64,000 nt of DNA, taken from assembly GCA_964545885.1 (NCBI GenBank), contig CAZJHG010000003.1, forward strand, positions 1,474 through 65,473, in the 5' to 3' direction. This DNA comes from an uncultured Muribaculaceae bacterium (GTDB lineage: Bacteria; Bacillota_I; Bacilli_A; RF39; UBA660). The notes under the pieces are model-generated. The model saw only the letters and a program-made list of their open reading frames with translations. It searched no databases and had not been told where the DNA came from. How positions within the stretch are numbered: the stretch's first letter is position 1; every line of letters starts with the position of its first letter. The translations under genes were made by a program, and so were the position numbers. Positions 8,244-17,552 of the stretch are shown in pieces.

Positions 8244-10358
8244 ATGAAAAGAAAGAATAATACAATAAATGTTAGTAAGTTAATTTTTGTTGTACTTGTT
8301 CTTTCTTTTTTTTCAATTGTCATAAAATTATGTCTTGTTTCCTTATCAAAAGAAACTAATGGTATAGACTTAACTGCATTTGTAGAAAATCGTAATACTG
8401 AAAAAGAAATAATTGAGGCTCAAAGAGGAACAATTTATTCATCTGATGGAGAAATATTAGCTCAAAGTATTAATTCTTATACAGTAATAGCAATTTTATC
8501 CGAAAGTAGAACAACTAATCCAGATAACCCTCAACATATCGTTGATGTAGATAAAACAGCTCAAGCCTTATCTGAAATATTAGGTGTTTCTAAAGAAATA
8601 ATAGCTAAACGTATTAATGAAGGAATTTCATCAGGCGCATACCAAGTTGAATTAAGACCATATGGTTATAACATTAATTCACTTGTAAAAAAACAAATTG
8701 AAGCATTAGGATTACCTGGTATTGACTTTATTGAGGGAACTAAAAGATATTATCCCAAAAGTACATTAGCTCCATATATCGTCGGTTATGCTAGATTAAA
8801 TGATGATGGTGATATGATAGGTGAAATGGGAATAGAAGCTTATTATAATGAGGAACTACAAGGTAAAGATGGATATACTATATATCAAAAAGATGCATAT
8901 GGTTACTCAATGCCTAATACTCCAACTATCACCGAAGAAGCAGAACCAGGCCAAGATATTTATTTAACCATAGACAGTCAAATTCAGTTATTTGTTGAAA
9001 GTGGTATCAAAGAAATATCAGCTAACAACGAAATGGACTGGATTACATTTAATATTATGGATGCCAAAACTGGTGCTATAGTAGCATCAGGTTCTAATCC
9101 AACTTTTAATTTAAATGAACTAAATATTGAAAGTTATTTAAATCCTTTAACAACATATCAGTATGAACCAGGTAGTACTATGAAAATATTCTCTTTTTTA
9201 GCAGCAATGGAAGCCGGTATATACGATGGGACAGCTACATATGAATCTGGTTCTATTAAAGTTGATGATGCTACAATAAAAGACTTTAATGGTAAAGGAT
9301 GGGGAACAATTTCTTATGATGATGGTTTCTCATATTCATCCAATGTCGCCGCAACCAAACTAGCACTAAGTCTTGGAAGAGAAAATCTATATAATTACTA
9401 TACGAGTTTAGGATTTGGTAAAAAAACAGGAATAACATTACCTAATGAAGGCAATGGAGATATTGACTTCACGTATCGAACTGAGGTAGCAACAGCATCT
9501 TTTGGTCAAGGAATTACAACAACTCCTATTCAAAATCTTCAAGCATTAACTATCCTAACTAATAGTGGAATTGAAATCCAACCATATATTGTTGAAAAAA
9601 TAGTTAATAGCAAAACTGGTGAAGTAACATATAAACACGAAATAACAGAATTAGGTAAAAAAGCTTCTGAAGAAAACGTTAATAAAATGTTAGACATGCT
9701 ATACGATGTAGTTTATAGTGGCAAAACTGATGCCAAATTTTATCAAGCTGAAAACATAACCCTAGTAGGTAAAACAGGTACTGCTCAAATAACAGGAAAT
9801 AATGGTCAATATATGACAGGAAAATATGATTACATAAGAAGTTTTGCTGGAGTATTCCCTTATGAAAACCCCGAATACATCGTTTATGTTTCTGTAAAAA
9901 GATATAATGGTAGTTATAGGGAATTTGCATCAATGGTAACCAAAGTAGTAGAAGAAATAGCTAAATATAAAAACATCACTGAATCAGTAGAAAAAATAGA
10001 TACCAACAAAATAATTAAAATAAATAATTATATTAGCGCTGATACATCAATATCAGAAGAAAAATTAAAAAAGTTAGGACTTAATATCATCAAACTAGGT
10101 AATGGTAAATATGTAATAAATCAATATCCTGAAAAAGGAACAACCATATTAGCTGGTAACAAAGTATTCCTAGTAACAAGTGATACTACTTACACAATGC
10201 CCGATATAACTGATTGGAGTATAAGTGAAGTAACAACTTTATGCAAATTATTAAAAATAGATTTTAGTTATACAGGTTATGGAAACGTTAAAACGTCCAA
10301 TATAGAAGCTGGTACAGAAATAACTCAAGATATGAAATTAGAGGTTACTTTAGAGTAA
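8244..10358 (+). CDS. Penicillin-binding protein 2B/FtsI-type transpeptidase with two C-terminal PASTA domains
   Basis: SxxK (GSTMK), SxN (YSSN) and KTG (GKTGTAQ) boxes, an N-terminal TM segment, and two ~65-aa PASTA-like repeats at the C-terminus. GGAG at 8231 favours ATG 8244 over 8238. Confidence 0.9.
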   Translation: MKRKNNTINVSKLIFVVLVLSFFSIVIKLCLVSLSKETNGIDLTAFVENRNTEKEIIEAQRGTIYSSDGEILAQSINSYTVIAILSESRTTNPDNPQHIVDVDKTAQALSEILGVSKEIIAKRINEGISSGAYQVELRPYGYNINSLVKKQIEALGLPGIDFIEGTKRYYPKSTLAPYIVGYARLNDDGDMIGEMGIEAYYNEELQGKDGYTIYQKDAYGYSMPNTPTITEEAEPGQDIYLTIDSQIQLFVESGIKEISANNEMDWITFNIMDAKTGAIVASGSNPTFNLNELNIESYLNPLTTYQYEPGSTMKIFSFLAAMEAGIYDGTATYESGSIKVDDATIKDFNGKGWGTISYDDGFSYSSNVAATKLALSLGRENLYNYYTSLGFGKKTGITLPNEGNGDIDFTYRTEVATASFGQGITTTPIQNLQALTILTNSGIEIQPYIVEKIVNSKTGEVTYKHEITELGKKASEENVNKMLDMLYDVVYSGKTDAKFYQAENITLVGKTGTAQITGNNGQYMTGKYDYIRSFAGVFPYENPEYIVYVSVKRYNGSYREFASMVTKVVEEIAKYKNITESVEKIDTNKIIKINNYISADTSISEEKLKKLGLNIIKLGNGKYVINQYPEKGTTILAGNKVFLVTSDTTYTMPDITDWSISEVTTLCKLLKIDFSYTGYGNVKTSNIEAGTEITQDMKLEVTLE

Positions 10359-10420
10359 TCTCTTTAACTTTATAAAATAAAAAAAATATATTATAATTTA
10401 AGTAGAAATGTGGTGATAGA

Positions 10421-11749
10421 ATGACTTTAATAGAGTGTAAGGAATGTTCACATAAGTTAAGTGATAAAGCTAAAATATGTCCAAATTGTGGAGCTCCAAT
10501 TTCTAAAGAAGAAAAAGACTTAGTAGAAATAACAATAAAAAAAGAAAAAACAAGCTTAATAACATATTTAATCTATTCACTAATATTTCTAAGTATTTTA
10601 TTTCTAATTTCTTCTGACTTGATATTTCTCAAAAGCCTTAGATATGATATAACACTTCGACAATTACAATTTAGTACATATTACCAAGGATTTATTTCTT
10701 CATATCCTTCAATTATTAGCAATATAACATTTTTAGCTTGCTTATTAACTATCTTGTCTAAAAGATTCTATAATATCTCCAAATTATTGTTCTCATTAAA
10801 TTCTGTAACATCAATTATATTATTTATCTATTTATATAATAATAATCTTCGTGTCGGTCTGTGTTTCTTTATTATATTTATAATAAATACTATAGCATTT
10901 CTTCTACCATCCATATATGAGATAAAAGAAGAAAAAGTAGAAATATCCAAAAAAGAAATAGAAAAAATATCAAAGAAAAATAAAAAAATAGAAACTATTT
11001 ACACTAAAAAGATATTCAATAAAACAACCATAATTTTAGATATAATAGTCATTCTTATAAGTCTAGTATCCCTTTTAATAATAAACTATTATAATAGAAA
11101 AGATATCTATTCTGAAACAATTATTCAAGCTAACAGTGATTTTCAAATAGAAATAACAAATGATTACATAAATATTAGAGCATCAGCTAATACAGAATCT
11201 TCTATATTAGGAGAAGTAACTAAAGGAGATATATATAACGTTTTAGACATCTATGGTGGCCAAAACTATATTTGGTATAAAATTAATTATAAAAATCAAA
11301 TAGGTTATATTGCTAGTAGCAGAGAAAATCCATATGTAAAAGAAACATATAACGATAAACTTGTAGTAAATATCTTCTGCACACAAGAGGAGAGTAGTTG
11401 TACAGACTTACTAGAATTCATTACTCGTTATCAAAAAAATACTAAACACTCTTTCTTAATTAATTATCTGGATATAACTGATGAACATAATAACAAAATA
11501 TATAATCAAGCTTTAGAATATTATCAAGATGAAAACATAGTACCTTATATTTTAATTGGTACTAATAAAGTTCAAGGATATATTAATAATAAAAATGATT
11601 TAATTATTAAAGTAATTTCTGAACAAAAGAATAATACTACCAATATAGTTGATTTATTAAAAAAAGGAAATGACTTACCAGAAGTTACTATTATTGAAGA
11701 AAATCAAGAAGAAAAAATATCTGAAGATACAAAAAAAGATTCCAAATAG
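10421..11749 (+). CDS. Membrane protein: N-terminal zinc ribbon, multi-TM region, SH3b-like domain, thioredoxin-fold-like C-terminus
   Basis: CKECSHK..CPNCG zinc ribbon, 5-6 hydrophobic helices, an SH3b-like segment INIRASANTESSILGEVTKGDIYNVLD..WYKINYKNQIGYIAS, and a C-terminal alpha/beta region. Confidence 0.6.
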   Translation: MTLIECKECSHKLSDKAKICPNCGAPISKEEKDLVEITIKKEKTSLITYLIYSLIFLSILFLISSDLIFLKSLRYDITLRQLQFSTYYQGFISSYPSIISNITFLACLLTILSKRFYNISKLLFSLNSVTSIILFIYLYNNNLRVGLCFFIIFIINTIAFLLPSIYEIKEEKVEISKKEIEKISKKNKKIETIYTKKIFNKTTIILDIIVILISLVSLLIINYYNRKDIYSETIIQANSDFQIEITNDYINIRASANTESSILGEVTKGDIYNVLDIYGGQNYIWYKINYKNQIGYIASSRENPYVKETYNDKLVVNIFCTQEESSCTDLLEFITRYQKNTKHSFLINYLDITDEHNNKIYNQALEYYQDENIVPYILIGTNKVQGYINNKNDLIIKVISEQKNNTTNIVDLLKKGNDLPEVTIIEENQEEKISEDTKKDSK

Positions 11750-11758
11750 GAACCTTTT

Positions 11759-13171
11759 TTATATTCTTGTAATTTTTAAGAAATTAGTATGAGAATCTTG
11801 AGGGAAACCACCAACAACACAAACTAAATCGTTACTTTCTAATCCTAGTAAATCAGTAGCAGCTTTTACACCATCTTGTACTATATCATCTGTATCACTA
11901 TACATAGGTACTAATTTAGTATAAACGCCCCATTTTAAAGCTAACTTACGAGCAACTTTACTATCTGTAATAGTAGCAACTATTAAAGCATCTGGTCTTA
12001 AAGAAGCTATATCTAAAGCAGTTTTTCCTGTTAAAGTTGAAGCAACAATTGCTTTAATAGGTAAATCCATAGTAGCATTAACTGCACATTTAGCAATAGT
12101 ATTATGTATTTCAGTACCAGTTAACTTAAATTCATCTAAATTATACTTAGTAACTTTTTCTACATTTTCACAAATACTAGACATAGTTTGAATAGTTTCA
12201 ACAGGATAGTTACCTATAGTAGTTTCATCACTTGTCATAATAGCATCACATCCAGCTATAACAGCATTGGCAACATCAGTTACTTCTGCATTAGTAGGAC
12301 GTATATTAGTTTTCATAGAATACATCATTTGTGTAGCCATAATAACACCCTTACCATAAGCATGACATGTATCAATCATCATTTGTTGATATAAAGGTAA
12401 ATTTTCTACACCAGTTTCAATACCTAAATCTCCACGAGCAACCATAATATAGTCAGAAGCTTCAACTATCTCTTCAAGATTATCCATTGCATATTGAGTT
12501 TCAACTTTAGATATAATTGGCATATCAGGTCTACCATATTCTTTACATAATTCTTTAACTTGTCTAATATCTTCAGCACTATTAACGAATGATATAGCTA
12601 AATAATCTCCATCATTTTCACAAGCATATTTAATGTCTTCTTTATCTTTTTCAGAAATATAAGGTACATCAAGTTTAATACCAGGTAAGCAAACACCTCT
12701 ACGAGACTTAATAGTGCCTGAATTCATTATTTCACAAGTAACACCATCTTCTTCAACAGAAGTAACAATCAACTTATAGAAACCATCATCTATTAAGATA
12801 GTAGAACCAACTACTAAGTCTTTTAATACATTAGGATAATTAAGTGTAATACTATCACTAGTACCATCATGTCTATCTTCACCATCGGATTCAACTATTC
12901 TAATATATTCTCCTTTTACAAGTTCAATCTTATCATCTACAAATGAACAGGTTCTTAAATCAGGACCCTTTGTATCATAAAGGATTGCTATATTAGCACC
13001 AAGTTCTTCATTAGCTCTTTTTACTAATGATTCATCTAATTTTCTTTCTTCTATAGTAGCATGAGAAAAGTTAATTCTTGCTACGTTCATTCCAGCTTCT
13101 ACGATTCCTTTGAAATTTTCCCAAGTTTGTGTAGAAGGACCTATACTACATATTATTTTAGTTTTTTTCAT
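11759..13171 (-). CDS. pyk: Pyruvate kinase
   Basis: MKKTKIICSIGPS..., NVARINFSH, MVARGDLG, and a C-terminal allosteric domain. The start at 13171 has an AAAGGGG RBS; the track start 13204 is an upstream extension. Confidence 0.95.
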   Translation of the reverse strand: MKKTKIICSIGPSTQTWENFKGIVEAGMNVARINFSHATIEERKLDESLVKRANEELGANIAILYDTKGPDLRTCSFVDDKIELVKGEYIRIVESDGEDRHDGTSDSITLNYPNVLKDLVVGSTILIDDGFYKLIVTSVEEDGVTCEIMNSGTIKSRRGVCLPGIKLDVPYISEKDKEDIKYACENDGDYLAISFVNSAEDIRQVKELCKEYGRPDMPIISKVETQYAMDNLEEIVEASDYIMVARGDLGIETGVENLPLYQQMMIDTCHAYGKGVIMATQMMYSMKTNIRPTNAEVTDVANAVIAGCDAIMTSDETTIGNYPVETIQTMSSICENVEKVTKYNLDEFKLTGTEIHNTIAKCAVNATMDLPIKAIVASTLTGKTALDIASLRPDALIVATITDSKVARKLALKWGVYTKLVPMYSDTDDIVQDGVKAATDLLGLESNDLVCVVGGFPQDSHTNFLKITRI

Positions 13172-13261
13172 ATTTATTCCCCTTTCAAAAACGAACTCAC
13201 TCATAATAGCATTTTTTTCATATTTTGTCTACATTTTCCATAATAAAAGTAGGTATAAAAC

Positions 13262-14044
13262 CTACTTATTAACTATATCTTCAGGATCTAACTCAATATC
13301 ACGACGAGTAAGTATTTCATATCCATTTTCTGTTACTAGCACAGTGTGTTCGAAATGAGCACTATTTTCTTCGTCATCTGTAACGATAGTCCAATCATCA
13401 TCTAACATATAAATATCTGCAGTTCCTAAATTTAACATTGGTTCAACAGCGATAACATTACCAGTATGTAAAACAGGACCTCTACGTTCAACACCATAAT
13501 TAGGAACATCAGGCTCTAAGTGTACTTTATCGCCAACACCATGCCCAACAAGCTCTTTTACAACTCCTAAGTTGTATTTATGAGCAACTTTTTGTACAGC
13601 ATGTCCTATATCACCAGTTGTGCACCCATCTTTAATTGCATTTAATCCAGCCATCAAAGCTTCTTCTGTTCTTTCAAGCAATTTTATATCTCTTGGACTA
13701 CCTTCACCAACGATATAACTCCAAGCAGAATCTCCGTGATATCCTTTGTAACAAGCACCAATATCTAATTTTACAATATCACCATTTTTTAAAGTTCTAT
13801 GTCCTGGTATACCATGAACAACTTCATCGTTTACACTAATACATATACTTCCAGGGAAACCATATAAACCTTCAAAAGAACAAGTACATCCTTTACTTTC
13901 TATAAACTTTTTAGCTAGGACCTCTAATTCTTTAGTACTAATCCCTGGTTTAATAAATTGTTGCAAATATCTATGACATAAACCAACAACTTTACCAGCT
14001 TCTCTTAATTTATTAATTTCATCTTCAGTTCTTACAACTATCAT
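13262..14044 (-). CDS. map: Type I methionine aminopeptidase
   Basis: VVHGIPG, DIGA..GYHGD, GHGVG and NSAHFEHT metal-ligand motifs, 260 aa. Confidence 0.95.
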   Translation of the reverse strand: MIVVRTEDEINKLREAGKVVGLCHRYLQQFIKPGISTKELEVLAKKFIESKGCTCSFEGLYGFPGSICISVNDEVVHGIPGHRTLKNGDIVKLDIGACYKGYHGDSAWSYIVGEGSPRDIKLLERTEEALMAGLNAIKDGCTTGDIGHAVQKVAHKYNLGVVKELVGHGVGDKVHLEPDVPNYGVERRGPVLHTGNVIAVEPMLNLGTADIYMLDDDWTIVTDDEENSAHFEHTVLVTENGYEILTRRDIELDPEDIVNK

Positions 14045-14108
14045 AAAATCATCCCCTCAACATCCAACATTATACCACAAATACAATTTATAAAAAATAT
14101 CTTGTATA

Positions 14109-14117
14109 TGCTATAAT
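14109..14117 (+). promoter_or_regulatory. Extended -10 promoter TGCTATAAT
   Basis: tataTGCTATAAT about 20 nt upstream of the GAAGGTGA RBS of the 14136 gene. Confidence 0.6.
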
Positions 14118-14135
14118 AAAAAAGAAGGTGAAAAT

Positions 14136-15038
14136 ATGCAAAAAATAAAAGAATTTTTAGATAATGTAAAAGCCAAATTATTAAGCGAAACCGAAATACG
14201 TTCTTTTTTATTATCATTAAATAAGAAAGATTTTCTATCAATGATATCTTCTTCTAACGATAACGATCCTCAAGGTATGCCAGATATAGATATTGAAAAT
14301 ATGACTCAAAACCACGTTACAATTATCTCCGAAATAATAGGGGATTTAACTTTAAATGATAAAAAAGAAGCATTACTTAATATTAGCAATGACTTTTATA
14401 CTATAGAACAATTAATCTTTAAATCATTACCCATTAAAGATGCAACAGAAGTATTTATAAGTAACCCTTTAAAATATAAAGATGATATAACAAATTATAT
14501 TGAAACACCTCGTCAAAGTAACGAAAAAGACCATTTAATAGCAACAATCTTATCAGATGAAAATTTATATAAATTATTTAGTGAAGAAGAACGTTTAATT
14601 TTTAAATCGTTAATTAGTAATAATCTAATTATCTTAGAAAGACAATATAATTTATGTAATGTCACATATGATGATTTAAAAAATGCCTTAGCTCGATATC
14701 TTGCCAATATTGATTATCATCAAAGTAAGACTATTAATCAAGGAATTCATGAAAAAATAAGTTCTAAAAATATTTACCAAATATTTATTGAAGTAAATAA
14801 AGGACTAAAAAGAATAGATTCTCCAACTTTGGGAGAAGAGGATATAATAAGTAAGCTAGAATTGCCTTTTGAAAAGTCAGTAATATTTTTAGAACAATGT
14901 TTAAATCTAACCGATGAAGAAATAGCATCTCTACTATTAAAGTACTATCCTAGTAATAAAGATTTAATTATTACTAAAGATATTAATCAATTAGTTAACA
15001 TAGTAAGTGATTTATCTCTATTAGAAATTGACCAGTAA
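14136..15038 (+). CDS. Hypothetical protein (300 aa, acidic, helical)
   Basis: Long ORF with a good RBS, promoter and terminator. No recognisable motif. Confidence 0.6.
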   Translation: MQKIKEFLDNVKAKLLSETEIRSFLLSLNKKDFLSMISSSNDNDPQGMPDIDIENMTQNHVTIISEIIGDLTLNDKKEALLNISNDFYTIEQLIFKSLPIKDATEVFISNPLKYKDDITNYIETPRQSNEKDHLIATILSDENLYKLFSEEERLIFKSLISNNLIILERQYNLCNVTYDDLKNALARYLANIDYHQSKTINQGIHEKISSKNIYQIFIEVNKGLKRIDSPTLGEEDIISKLELPFEKSVIFLEQCLNLTDEEIASLLLKYYPSNKDLIITKDINQLVNIVSDLSLLEIDQ

Positions 15039-15045
15039 ACTCATC

Positions 15046-15075
15046 AAAAAAACACTCTACTTTAGAGTGTTTTTT
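15046..15075. terminator. Bidirectional rho-independent terminator between convergent genes
   Basis: A5-aacactcta-ctt-tagagtgtt-T5, a perfect 9-bp stem flanked by A and T runs. Confidence 0.8.
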
Positions 15076-15469
15076 AAGGTCTTAAGAATCCAAAATAACT
15101 TATATTTCTTAATATTCCAAAAATTATCGTTATCAATAACAATAGTATCCAAATAACATTAGGTATTCTTTTAATTATTTTATCTTCCTTATTCCAAATA
15201 TAAAGATATATTTTATAACTTACACAAACTCCTATAAAAGGCAATAACATAAAAACCAATTGATTATATCTAAATGCCTCATAGAAGTTTAAATTTAGTA
15301 ATGAGAATAAACATCTAGTTATTCCACACCCAGGACAATAATATCCAGTTATTTTATAAAAAATACAAGGAATACTAAAAGAATATTGATTGTTTAAATA
15401 ATAATATCCAATAAAGATAAATAAGCAAATACCTACTATAAATATAACTTTTTTAATTCTATCTTTCAT
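15074..15469 (-). CDS. DUF2752-family membrane protein
   Basis: CPGCGITR motif after the first TM segment, 4 TM segments, 131 aa. Its start overlaps the upstream stop (TAATG). Confidence 0.7.
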   Translation of the reverse strand: MKDRIKKVIFIVGICLFIFIGYYYLNNQYSFSIPCIFYKITGYYCPGCGITRCLFSLLNLNFYEAFRYNQLVFMLLPFIGVCVSYKIYLYIWNKEDKIIKRIPNVIWILLLLITIIFGILRNISYFGFLRP

Positions 15470-16077
15470 TATTGATTAGAAAACTTATTTAAATCACTTT
15501 GTAATAAGCAATAGTTAACAATTCCCAAACCAAATATTCCTAGTACTATGTATAAAACAGAATTATCTGAAATACCTTTACCATAATTTTGACCAGCTGT
15601 ATATAGTTTTTTTGCCATTTTGTAATACCAATAATAACCATAAATACCACATGTTAATAAAGTAAATAGAAATGCCATAATTCCAGAAGTATCTTCTGGT
15701 GTTCCAGCAGCTCTATTTATATCATCAGTTAATACAACAAACCAATATATACCATAAATACCACAAGTTAAAAGAGATAATAATATAGCTAATCCAACGT
15801 TTCTATTTTGAACACCTGGTGCTGCACCATAGTTACTATAGGCTCCTTGAGTACCTTGTTGATTAAAGTTAGGATTATAGTTTTGTTGAGTATTTTGTTG
15901 ATTAAAGTTAGGATTATAGTTTTGTTGAGTATTTTGTTGATTATAATTTTGATTAACGTTTTGTTGCATATTTGGTTGATTAACATTTTGTGCTAAAGGA
16001 GTACCACACCCCACACAAAAAGATGCATTTCCAACATTTTCCTTACCACAATTAGGACAACAATTATTCATCTTCAC
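15469..16077 (-). CDS. Zinc-ribbon / Q,N-rich / DUF4234-like membrane protein
   Basis: N-terminal CPNCG..CVGCG, a Q/N-rich linker with a duplicated NQQNTQQNYNPNF unit, and two TM hairpins with CGIYGIYWF / CGIYGYYWYY motifs. Confidence 0.7.
   Translation of the reverse strand: MKMNNCCPNCGKENVGNASFCVGCGTPLAQNVNQPNMQQNVNQNYNQQNTQQNYNPNFNQQNTQQNYNPNFNQQGTQGAYSNYGAAPGVQNRNVGLAILLSLLTCGIYGIYWFVVLTDDINRAAGTPEDTSGIMAFLFTLLTCGIYGYYWYYKMAKKLYTAGQNYGKGISDNSVLYIVLGIFGLGIVNYCLLQSDLNKFSNQ
15858..15943. repeat. Perfect 39-nt tandem duplication (2 units plus 8 nt) inside the Q/N-rich coding region
   Basis: gttgattaaagttaggattatagttttgttgagtatttt occurs at 15858-15896 and 15897-15935, and a third unit begins at 15936. 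Confidence 0.9.
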
Positions 16078-16172
16078 ACCACCTTCCTATATTCATTATA
16101 TAATACGAATAAAAAAATTAAAATAATTTCTTTATAATATTCGAAAATAATAACTACCATTAATACTTTTTT

Positions 16173-16181
16173 TGCTATAAT
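16173..16181 (+). promoter_or_regulatory. Extended -10 promoter TGCTATAAT (trkAH)
   Basis: tttTGCTATAAT 16 nt upstream of the trkA ATG, immediately 5' of its RBS. Confidence 0.6.
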
Positions 16182-16196
16182 TAGAAAGGTGATTAT

Positions 16197-17549
16197 ATGA
16201 AAATAATAATAGTTGGAGTAGGTAAATTAGGCGAATACCTAGCTAAAAGCCTAGTAAAAGAAGGTCATGCTGTTACTTTAATTGACCTAAATTTTGATAC
16301 TAATCAAGATATCATAAATAATGAAGACTTAAATTACATAAACGGTAATGGCCTAGATGCTAATATATTAATAGAAGCCGGTATTAAAGATACAGACCTT
16401 TTAATAAGTGTTATGGATCAAGATGAGCATAATACAATATGTTGTTTATTAGGTAAAAAACTAGGAGCTAAACATACCATAGCTCGTATCCGTACACCAG
16501 AATATGCTAATTCTACTGAAATTCTAAAAGATGACTTAGGCTTATCTATGTCTATAAATCCAGAAAAATTAACTGCTAATCATATTGCTCGAATTCTAAG
16601 TATTCCAAGTGCATTAGATGCAACTATCTTCTTTAAAGGTCGTATTCTAATGATTTCAGTCAAAGTAAAAGACAAAAGTATTTTAGAAGGACTTACTATC
16701 AATGGTTTATCGAATCGTGTAAATGGTAAAATAATCGTTTGTGCTATTGAAAGAAACAACGAAATAATTATTCCTCGAGGTAATACAAAAATCCAAGAAC
16801 ACGATATCGTTCATATTACAGGAGCTCGTAAAGATATAAATGAATTTTTAAAATTTGCTAAATTATCAGAACAAACTAAGAAAGTAATTATTAGTGGTGG
16901 TTCCAATACTGCCATCTACCTTGCCAAATCACTAGTTGAAATGGACATGGAAACTAAGATAATCGAAATAAACGAAGAACGTTGTGAATTTCTAAGTGAA
17001 AAGTTACCAGAAACTTTAATTATTCATGGAGATGCTTCAAATCAAAATCTTCTATATGAAGAAGAACTGGATAAATGTGATGCCTTCATCTCTCTAAGTA
17101 ATATCGACGAAGAAAATATTATTTCATCTATGTTTGCTTCCATGTTAAATGTTCCTAAAATAATAACCAAAGTTAACCACATTAATTTAGATGGAATAAT
17201 TGAAAAAGCCAACATTGATACTGTTATAACACCTCATAAAATAGCTACCAATCAAATAGTAAAATATGTTAGAGCTATGCAAAATGGTGAAAATAGTAGT
17301 TGTGAATCAATTTATAAATTTGATGATGATAAATTCGAAATGCTTGAATTCAATATCAAAAAAGACTTTAAAGAATTAAATACTAAAATAAAAGATATGA
17401 AATTAAAAGATGGTGTCCTTATCGCCGCTATTCTCCGTAAAGAAAAAATAATTTTTCCAAGTGGTAATGATGAAATACTACTAAGAGATACTATTATTGT
17501 TATTGATAAAGATTCTAAAATCAAAGATATCAACGATATATTGGAGTAG
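16197..17549 (+). CDS. trkA: Trk potassium uptake protein TrkA (two RCK/NAD-binding modules)
   Basis: MKIIIVGVGKLG Rossmann motif, a second VIISGGSNTA module, 450 aa, followed by trkH. Confidence 0.9.
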   Translation: MKIIIVGVGKLGEYLAKSLVKEGHAVTLIDLNFDTNQDIINNEDLNYINGNGLDANILIEAGIKDTDLLISVMDQDEHNTICCLLGKKLGAKHTIARIRTPEYANSTEILKDDLGLSMSINPEKLTANHIARILSIPSALDATIFFKGRILMISVKVKDKSILEGLTINGLSNRVNGKIIVCAIERNNEIIIPRGNTKIQEHDIVHITGARKDINEFLKFAKLSEQTKKVIISGGSNTAIYLAKSLVEMDMETKIIEINEERCEFLSEKLPETLIIHGDASNQNLLYEEELDKCDAFISLSNIDEENIISSMFASMLNVPKIITKVNHINLDGIIEKANIDTVITPHKIATNQIVKYVRAMQNGENSSCESIYKFDDDKFEMLEFNIKKDFKELNTKIKDMKLKDGVLIAAILRKEKIIFPSGNDEILLRDTIIVIDKDSKIKDINDILE

Positions 17550-17552
17550 CTT

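Noticed and set aside
13110-13358. 82-aa plus-strand ORF spanning the pyk-map intergenic region (also 13061-13243 and 12188-12394)
   Set aside because: It overlaps the 5' end of pyk and the 3' end of map on the opposite strand. It has no RBS and its sequence is hydrophobic low-complexity.
15789-15996. Two ~62-65-aa ORFs (both strands) over the Q/N repeat region
   Set aside because: These are alternative-frame readings of the 39-nt tandem repeat. They are repetitive Ile/Leu/Asn/Lys strings inside a supported gene.
16078-16196. Possible c-di-AMP (ydaO-type) or other riboswitch upstream of trkA
   Set aside because: The intergenic region is only ~120 nt and almost pure A/T. The TGCTATAAT box sits 16 nt before the start codon, which leaves no room for a structured leader.
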